Source: Longimicrobiales bacterium (GTDB lineage: Bacteria; Gemmatimonadota; Gemmatimonadetes; Longimicrobiales; Gaopeijiaceae). Taken from it: a stretch of 64,000 bases of DNA. The stretch lies in assembly GCA_965116905.1 (NCBI GenBank), contig OZ220732.1:544001-608000 (forward strand). The letters run 5' to 3'. This document shows, one piece after another, positions 57,976 through 64,000 of this stretch. The notes under the pieces are model-generated. The model did not search any database. It saw only the letters and a program-made list of their open reading frames with translations, and had not been told where the DNA came from. Made by a program: the position numbers and the translations under genes. Position 1 is the first letter of the stretch. Each line of letters opens with the position of its first letter.

Positions 57976-60642
57976 ATGATGAAGACAGCAATGAAGTGGC
58001 CGGTCTCGGTCCGCATGGCCTCAGGCGCCGCAGTGCTAGCACTTGCTGCTAGCACGCCCGCCGCCACCGCCCAGCAGTACGAATACCCCGACCCCTTCCC
58101 GGGCGGCTACCCGAACCTCTCGGGCGCGAGCGGCGCGGGCCGGATGTACATGGAGAGCTACTTCCCGCCGCCGGTCACCGCGTCGCCCACCTACCCGGCG
58201 TGGTCCCCCGACGGCGGGTCGATCGCGTTTGCGTATCAGGGGCGCATCTGGGTGGTGCCGGTCGAGGGAGGTACGGCGCGCCAGGTCACCAGCGGCCCCG
58301 GGTATCACTCGCAGCCGAGCTGGTCGCCCGACGGCGCCCACATCGCGTACGCGGCCGACATCGACCGCAACTTCGACATCTTCGTCGTCGAGGTGGGAGC
58401 GGGCGGCAGTGGCGCCATAGGCGAGCCGCGCCGCCTCACCACGCACCCGTTCCTCGACCTGCGCCCGCGCTGGTCGCCCGACGGCGGCCGCATCCTCTTC
58501 ACCACCGAGCGCGACGGCACCTTCGACCTGTGGGCGTACGACATGGAGCGCGGCGAGGCCGAGGCCGTGATCGCCGACCCGCAGGCCAACGACATGGCCG
58601 GGGACTGGGTCGGCAGCACCGGGGATATCGTATTCGTGTCGCGGCGGGGCAAGGCCGCGCTCGGCTCCGGTTCCCTCTGGAGATGGCGTTCCGGCACTGG
58701 AGAGGTGGAACTCCTTCTGCGCATCGAGACCAACTACCAGGCGGCGCCGGTCGTCGCCCCGCATGGGGGCATCGTCTCTTACATCACGGACTCCTCGGGG
58801 AACAACGACATCTACGCCGTCCCCAGCGAGGAATCGCCCCGCGGCATCCAGCCCGTGCGGCTCACGCACACGCGCACGGACGAGTACTTCCCGTCGTGGT
58901 CACCCGACGGCGGCCACATCGTGTACGCGCGCAACGGAGGGACCGACGACCAGCCCCGCACCATCGACAGCGGCATGGGGTTCGGGCTCTACGTCATCAC
59001 GCGGGGCGGCGGCGAGCCCAGGCGGGTGCGGATCGACGACTACGCGTGGTCCGAGCCCACCGGCCGGGTGCGGGTGCGCGTCAGTGACTCCGCCGGCGAG
59101 CTTCTGCCGTCGCGCATCTACCTGACCGGCGCCGACGCCCGGGCCTACTTCCCCCACGGCAGCTATCCCCGCGTCGTCAGCGTCACCGAGGACTACTACT
59201 TCCACAGCGACGGCAGCTTCACGGCGACTCTGCCCGTGGGTGAGGCGAGCCTCGAGGTCTGGCGGGGCTTCGAATATGAGCCCGTCTCGCGCTCGGTCGA
59301 GGTGCGGGCGGGCGAGCACACCACCATCGAGGTCCAGCTCGACCGCTGGATCGACATGGCGGCGGACGGCTGGTACTCGGGCGACAACCACATCCATCCC
59401 AACTACGGCGGCCACTACTTCGTGACCCCCGAGGACCTCCGCAACAAGGCCCACGCCGAGGATCTGAACGTGGCGAACGGCATGATCGCCAACTACTGGG
59501 GCAACAGCCGGGTCGAGGACCTGGAGCACTTCCTCGGGCATCCGCATCCGCACGGCGGTCCGCGCACGATCGTCTACTACAACGAGGAGTACCGGCCGAG
59601 CTTCTTCGCGCACCTCTCGCTCCTGAACCTGGTCGAGCTGATCACCCCCTTCTACATCGGCTCGGTGGGGACCGCGCACCATGCCCTCTACCCTGACAAC
59701 GCGTCTGTGCTTCGCAGGGTGCATGAGCAGGGCGGCATTGGCGGATACGTCCACCCCTTCGGGCTACAGCATCGCGATCTGGACGCGGCGGGGGTCGGAT
59801 ACGCGCGCGAGCTGCCCGTCGACGCGGTTCTCGGCCTGGCGGACTTCGTGGATGTGGCATGTATCTGGAGCGACGAACTCGGGACGGCCGAGGTGTGGTA
59901 CCGACTCCTCAACACGGGCTCGCGCATTCCGGGGACCGCCGGCACGGACGTCATGTCGGATATCTGGCGGCACCCCGCGGTGGGCGCCACGCGGACGTAT
60001 GTCTACACCGGGGAGGATCACCTGCACTACGACGCGTGGGCCGACGCGATGGCTGCGGGACGAGCGTTCGTGACGAGCGGGCCGATCATGACGCTGGAGG
60101 TGGCAGGGCCTGCGGGCGGCTCTGGCGGCGAGGGAGGCGGCGAGGACGGCGGCGAGGGCGGCGGCGCCCCCAGGGGGATGGGCGAGGAGCTGGCGGTGTC
60201 GCGCGGCGATGTGGTCACGGTGCGGGCGACGGCGCGGTCGCTGTTCGTGATGCACGGGCTGGAGATCGTGCAGAACGGGCGGATCGTGCACAGGGTGGAG
60301 GCCGCGGGCGACGGGCGGTCGATCGACGCCGAGCTGGAGATTCCGGTCGAGGGGAGCGGGTGGATCGCGGCGCGGGCGCTGGGGCCGGCGCAGCACGGTG
60401 CCATGGACAGCTACCTCTTCGCGCACACCAACCCCGTCTTCGTCATCGCGGACGGCGAGCCGATCCGGTCGCGGGACGACGCGGCGTTCTTCGTGCGGTG
60501 GATCGATCACGTGCTGCTTGAGTTGAGCGTGATGGACCGCTGGGACGACCCGGCGCACAAGGCGGAGGTGCTGGCCACGTTCGAAGAGGGCCGGCGGTTG
60601 TACCAGGCGCAGGTGGACGCGCTGGGGGGGAGCGGGAAGTAG
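57976..60642 (+). CDS. Secreted CehA/McbA-like (PHP-fold) metallohydrolase with PD40 propeller
   Basis: P-x-WSPDG repeats; WYSGDNHIH, YVHP, GTD, FVTSGP and AHTNP motifs; start uncertain. Confidence 0.82.
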   Translation: MMKTAMKWPVSVRMASGAAVLALAASTPAATAQQYEYPDPFPGGYPNLSGASGAGRMYMESYFPPPVTASPTYPAWSPDGGSIAFAYQGRIWVVPVEGGTARQVTSGPGYHSQPSWSPDGAHIAYAADIDRNFDIFVVEVGAGGSGAIGEPRRLTTHPFLDLRPRWSPDGGRILFTTERDGTFDLWAYDMERGEAEAVIADPQANDMAGDWVGSTGDIVFVSRRGKAALGSGSLWRWRSGTGEVELLLRIETNYQAAPVVAPHGGIVSYITDSSGNNDIYAVPSEESPRGIQPVRLTHTRTDEYFPSWSPDGGHIVYARNGGTDDQPRTIDSGMGFGLYVITRGGGEPRRVRIDDYAWSEPTGRVRVRVSDSAGELLPSRIYLTGADARAYFPHGSYPRVVSVTEDYYFHSDGSFTATLPVGEASLEVWRGFEYEPVSRSVEVRAGEHTTIEVQLDRWIDMAADGWYSGDNHIHPNYGGHYFVTPEDLRNKAHAEDLNVANGMIANYWGNSRVEDLEHFLGHPHPHGGPRTIVYYNEEYRPSFFAHLSLLNLVELITPFYIGSVGTAHHALYPDNASVLRRVHEQGGIGGYVHPFGLQHRDLDAAGVGYARELPVDAVLGLADFVDVACIWSDELGTAEVWYRLLNTGSRIPGTAGTDVMSDIWRHPAVGATRTYVYTGEDHLHYDAWADAMAAGRAFVTSGPIMTLEVAGPAGGSGGEGGGEDGGEGGGAPRGMGEELAVSRGDVVTVRATARSLFVMHGLEIVQNGRIVHRVEAAGDGRSIDAELEIPVEGSGWIAARALGPAQHGAMDSYLFAHTNPVFVIADGEPIRSRDDAAFFVRWIDHVLLELSVMDRWDDPAHKAEVLATFEEGRRLYQAQVDALGGSGK

Positions 60643-60644
60643 GC

Positions 60645-61475
60645 CTACGCCTCGACTCCCTCCAGGAACGCCCGCATCTCCGGCACCATGATTGCCGGAT
60701 CCAGGATCGCGGCCGTCTCGGCGCCCGGGATTTCGCGCACCGCCCAGCCCATGGCCTCCAGTGCTGGCCGGGCCTCACGCAGCCGCTCGACCAGCCGCAG
60801 CGGAATACCCGCCACCGAGCTTTCCGCGTTCGCGCCGATGAGGGCCAGCCGGGGACAGGTGATGGCCGCCGCGACCTCCGCTTCGGGCCAATCCTGCATG
60901 CCGGCGTAGAAGGTGCGCCACTGCGCGTACTGCTCCCGGTTGCGAAGGATCACCATGGCGTGGGGTGGGGGCTCGGCAAGCTGCATTTCGCCTCCGCGCA
61001 GCATGTCGGCGTACGGTGCGCCGAGCGGCGGCCAGGTGCCGCAGATCAGCGCCGAGAGCCGGTCCGAGCGCGACGCCAGCATGAGGCCGCTGATCGCGCC
61101 CCAGAGGTGGCCGCAGTAGGCGAAGCGGTCGAATCCGGCGGCGTCGGCAACGGCCAGGAGGTCGGAATAGACGCGGTTCGGCGTCATCTCGGCGGGTGCC
61201 GGCACCATGGTCCTGCCGACGTTCGGGTAGTCGACGAGCAGGACGCGGTAGCGATCGGTGAGGCGGCCCAGGAACCCGTCCTTCACGGCCCCCTGCTCCT
61301 GGCCGAAGATCTCGGCGTAGGACGCCATCAGGGGGAAGCCGAGGAAGAGGGGAACGCCGTCTTCGGGTCCGTGCACCTCGAAATGGATGAGGTGTTGCTC
61401 TGCGCTCCGACAGTTGGCGAGCGCAGTTCCGGCAGCGAAGGTGGCCGAAGTGCGGATGAAGTCGCGTCGGTTCAT
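60645..61475 (-). CDS. Alpha/beta-hydrolase-fold protein, Tat signal, apparently non-catalytic
   Basis: MNRRDFI Tat motif; DLLAVADAAGFDRFAY-CGHLWG (Leu at nucleophile position). Confidence 0.75.
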   Translation of the reverse strand: MNRRDFIRTSATFAAGTALANCRSAEQHLIHFEVHGPEDGVPLFLGFPLMASYAEIFGQEQGAVKDGFLGRLTDRYRVLLVDYPNVGRTMVPAPAEMTPNRVYSDLLAVADAAGFDRFAYCGHLWGAISGLMLASRSDRLSALICGTWPPLGAPYADMLRGGEMQLAEPPPHAMVILRNREQYAQWRTFYAGMQDWPEAEVAAAITCPRLALIGANAESSVAGIPLRLVERLREARPALEAMGWAVREIPGAETAAILDPAIMVPEMRAFLEGVEA

Positions 61476-61603
61476 GAGAGAGACAGGGAAGCAACAGGAC
61501 GATTGGCCGATTCAGCCATTCTAACGCCCCTGATTCCGCTGACGTTAGTCATCCGGCAACCATTGCCGCCCGCCCCCGCACCTGAAGGAGTCAGAATCCA
61601 CCC

Positions 61604-62536
61604 TTGCAGGATCCCGCGTTCAAAACGGTATTCTGCCATCCCGCGGCAATCGAGAGGTTGGTTCGTGGGTACGCTCCGGAGCATGCCGACAGGATCGACT
61701 TCTCGACGCTGGAGAAACTGGACGCCGAACTGGTCGGCGAGGCGCTTGTGCGGCGCTACCCCGACATGCTGTGGATCGCCCGGACCAACGACCGCGACAC
61801 CTCGGTGGTAGTCCTGCTGGAGTTCCAGGGTGCTCAGGATCGACTAATGGCGCTCCGGATGGCGGTCTACCAGCTCCTGACTGTCCAGCAACTGCTGCGG
61901 CGCCGACGATCATTGCGCTCCGACCGCTCGCTGGAGGTCCTGTCGTTCGTGATCCATCACGGCGAGGGAGTCTGGAAGGCGGCCCCGAGGCTTCGGAGAC
62001 TATTTCCGCATTGGGTGCCGGGCGACTACAGGCTGATCTCCCGCGGCGCGGGAGGATTCCAGGGCGATCTGGCCCAGACGATTCTGCAGCTGGAGCGAGA
62101 TCGATCTGTCGAAGGCACGCTGGCAGTCCTTGCGGAGTTGCGGCGGATTGCCGATGAGAGCAGAAGCGACTACGACCACCTGATGGCCGAGTGCGTTGCG
62201 GAAATGCTAGTATTGACGAGACGGATCACAAGAGCGCAGCTACGGGAGGTGAGGACGATGGCACAGGTGGACACTACGTATCAGCGGAGCCTGGAGGAGT
62301 TTGGGCAGAAGTGGTTTCGCCAGGGGCGCGATGAGGGGATCCGCCAGGGGCGTGATGAGGGGCAGGCCGCGATGTTGGAAGAATTGGCCTGCGAGAAGTT
62401 CGGTCCCGAGGCGGCCCGGCAGGTGTCTCGTCTGGTCGGACAGGTCTCGGTCTCCGGGCAAATGTCGATAGCCGTGAAGGCAGTGCTCGAGTCCACTACC
62501 GCCGAAGAGTTCCTGGCCCGCCTACGGAGACTCTGA
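61604..62536 (+). CDS. Rpn/YhgA-like PD-(D/E)XK nuclease (recombination-promoting nuclease family)
   Basis: DPAFKTVFCHP, IDFSTLEKL, YPD...LLEFQ and MALRM motifs; C-terminal RQGRDEG repeats. Confidence 0.85.
   Translation: MQDPAFKTVFCHPAAIERLVRGYAPEHADRIDFSTLEKLDAELVGEALVRRYPDMLWIARTNDRDTSVVVLLEFQGAQDRLMALRMAVYQLLTVQQLLRRRRSLRSDRSLEVLSFVIHHGEGVWKAAPRLRRLFPHWVPGDYRLISRGAGGFQGDLAQTILQLERDRSVEGTLAVLAELRRIADESRSDYDHLMAECVAEMLVLTRRITRAQLREVRTMAQVDTTYQRSLEEFGQKWFRQGRDEGIRQGRDEGQAAMLEELACEKFGPEAARQVSRLVGQVSVSGQMSIAVKAVLESTTAEEFLARLRRL
62258..62536 (+). CDS. Nested in-frame RpnS-like small protein (92 aa)
   Basis: GGAGGT SD 7 nt before in-frame ATG62258, just upstream of the RQGRDEG repeats. Confidence 0.65.
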   Translation: MAQVDTTYQRSLEEFGQKWFRQGRDEGIRQGRDEGQAAMLEELACEKFGPEAARQVSRLVGQVSVSGQMSIAVKAVLESTTAEEFLARLRRL

Positions 62537-63724
62537 ACCTCCGCCCAGTTCGGCCAGCAGCTGACGGACGACCTCGAGCACGAACTCGGGCGTCTCGTAG
62601 GGGTAGTTGTGGCCGGTACCCGGCGGGGTGTGGATGAGCCGCGTGTCGCTCGAGACCTCCAGGTACCGCACCCGCACGCGCTCGAAGAAGTTGACCGCCC
62701 GACGCGCCGCGCCTTCTTCCATCTCCAGCGGCTCGATAATCCCGGTCGCGTCCTCGTCCGGAATCACGACCAGAACAGGCAGGTCACCGAGTTCGCCGTC
62801 GTAGACCACGAGATCGGGCGCGGCCGCCGATACGAAGTCCGCGCTGAACTCCTGGAAGATTGAGGCAGTCGCGAACGACGACGCCGGACGCCGCGCATTG
62901 GCCGCCATCGCTTCGCCCACGTCGGCCAGGAGCGCGCGCTGCTTGCGCAGCACCTCGCCGATCTCGCCCTCCGCTTCGGCCATCGCCAGTTCCGGATTGG
63001 TCCAGCCGCCGAAGAGCTTGTCGAGACCCTGCTGCTCGGCATCCCGCACCAGTCCGTCCAGCGCCGCGGCGCCGTACGCAGGCGCGTAGATGAAAGCGTC
63101 GGGCGGCGATGCGTCGAGGAGCACCACAGCCGCCGTCCGCTCCGGGTATCGGCGGGCGAAGTTCGCGGCCAGCAGTCCGCCGTAGGAGTGTCCGGCCAGC
63201 ACGAACGGGCCTTCCTCACCGGCTTCTGTCAGCAGGGTCGCGAGTTCGACCGCCTCGGTCGCGGTGCGTCGCGGAAACGGGCCCGGATCGCTCCATCCGG
63301 TGCCAGGGCGGTCAAAGAGGATCGAGCGGGTCTCGTCGCGGACCGCCGCGTGCAGGTGATGCAGCGCCAGCCCCTGCGCATGGCCCCCCGGGATCCAGAT
63401 GACCGTCGGCCCGCCGGCGGCGTCCCCCTCGGCGAGGATGTGCATCCGGTAGCCACCGACGTCGACCAGAGCGCCCGGAGGCGGGTGCGCATCGGCCAGA
63501 CGGCGGATCTCGACCATGGACATCGCGGCAGCGATCAGGACAAACGCTGCGAAAGCACCGACAAGCACTCCCAAACCCCTGAGCCCGCGGGCCCGCCCCG
63601 TGGGTTGCCCCGCCCCGACGTGACGCGAGAAAACCAGGAGGATGACGCTGATCGCAGCCACACCCAGACCGATGGCGACACCACCCCACGGGTGCGATAG
63701 CAGTGGATAGAAGGGGGTTGGCAT
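62522..63724 (-). CDS. Membrane-anchored alpha/beta hydrolase
   Basis: Two N-terminal TM segments; VDVGGYRMH, DRPGTGWS, GHSYGG and GTGH motifs. Confidence 0.85.
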   Translation of the reverse strand: MPTPFYPLLSHPWGGVAIGLGVAAISVILLVFSRHVGAGQPTGRARGLRGLGVLVGAFAAFVLIAAAMSMVEIRRLADAHPPPGALVDVGGYRMHILAEGDAAGGPTVIWIPGGHAQGLALHHLHAAVRDETRSILFDRPGTGWSDPGPFPRRTATEAVELATLLTEAGEEGPFVLAGHSYGGLLAANFARRYPERTAAVVLLDASPPDAFIYAPAYGAAALDGLVRDAEQQGLDKLFGGWTNPELAMAEAEGEIGEVLRKQRALLADVGEAMAANARRPASSFATASIFQEFSADFVSAAAPDLVVYDGELGDLPVLVVIPDEDATGIIEPLEMEEGAARRAVNFFERVRVRYLEVSSDTRLIHTPPGTGHNYPYETPEFVLEVVRQLLAELGGGSESP

Positions 63725-63844
63725 GACGGGGCTGAAGCTGGCGTGCCGCCGGGCGCTGCGCCAGCCGGGACGGGTTCGCGTCGACCGCGGCTGGACGGCT
63801 ACCATTGGGGTTCGTCGGCCCTGCCCCGTGACCGTGAGGAAGTC

Positions 63845-64000
63845 ATGCGACCTTCTTTTGCACCCGCGCTCAAGCCCTTGTTCGCGGCTGTCCTGTTCGC
63901 AGCCATCGCAACCGTACGCGGCGCCGCACCCGCCGCGGCCCAATCCCCTGTCCTCGATGCGTTCCGCGCCCAGATCGCGCTCGAGTCCGTGGGAAGCCCC
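63845..64000 (+). CDS. N-terminus of a secreted protein (truncated by window end)
   Basis: GAGGA SD; MRPSFAPALKPLFAAVLFAAIATVRGAAPAAAQ signal peptide; open to the window end. Confidence 0.6.
   Translation, partial: MRPSFAPALKPLFAAVLFAAIATVRGAAPAAAQSPVLDAFRAQIALESVGSP

Noticed and set aside
35407..62536. Integron cassette array explaining the TA and accessory genes
   Set aside because: Mixed orientations, large intervening genes, no intI and no full-length attC sites seen
61604..62536. Rpn as an IS transposase
   Set aside because: No terminal inverted repeats or target duplication around the gene; the family is better supported as nuclease/defence proteins

Overview
GC-rich bacterial chromosomal segment. 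Gene content and style suggest Gemmatimonadota (inference, not verified). No rRNA, tRNA, CRISPR array, integrase or DDE transposase was recognised. The left half (1-35 kb) is mostly core metabolism: a large degenerate P-loop protein, a cold-shock protein, an exbB-slt-ABC operon, gcvH-gcvP with a lipoate ligase, acyl-CoA dehydrogenase-tatA-MFS-trmJ, an actABCDEF alternative complex III operon, a NatAB-like ABC exporter and a luxE-luxC pair. The right half (35-64 kb) is a run of large secreted hydrolases interleaved with small accessory inserts: four intact toxin-antitoxin pairs, a TA relic, three 6-bladed beta-propeller lipoproteins, an Erm-type methyltransferase and an Rpn nuclease. The most interesting signal is a ~1.6 kb integrase-free cassette (46983-48550). 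It is bracketed by a 41-bp direct repeat that duplicates the 3' end of the neighbouring amidohydrolase gene, and it carries its own promoter, a 65-aa secreted CX3C-X23-CX3C peptide and a beta-propeller lipoprotein. Also notable are an out-of-frame uORF that holds the only strong SD at the erm gene, and an in-frame internal start in rpn (candidate RpnS antitoxin). Product calls come from motif recognition by eye; no database searches were run.
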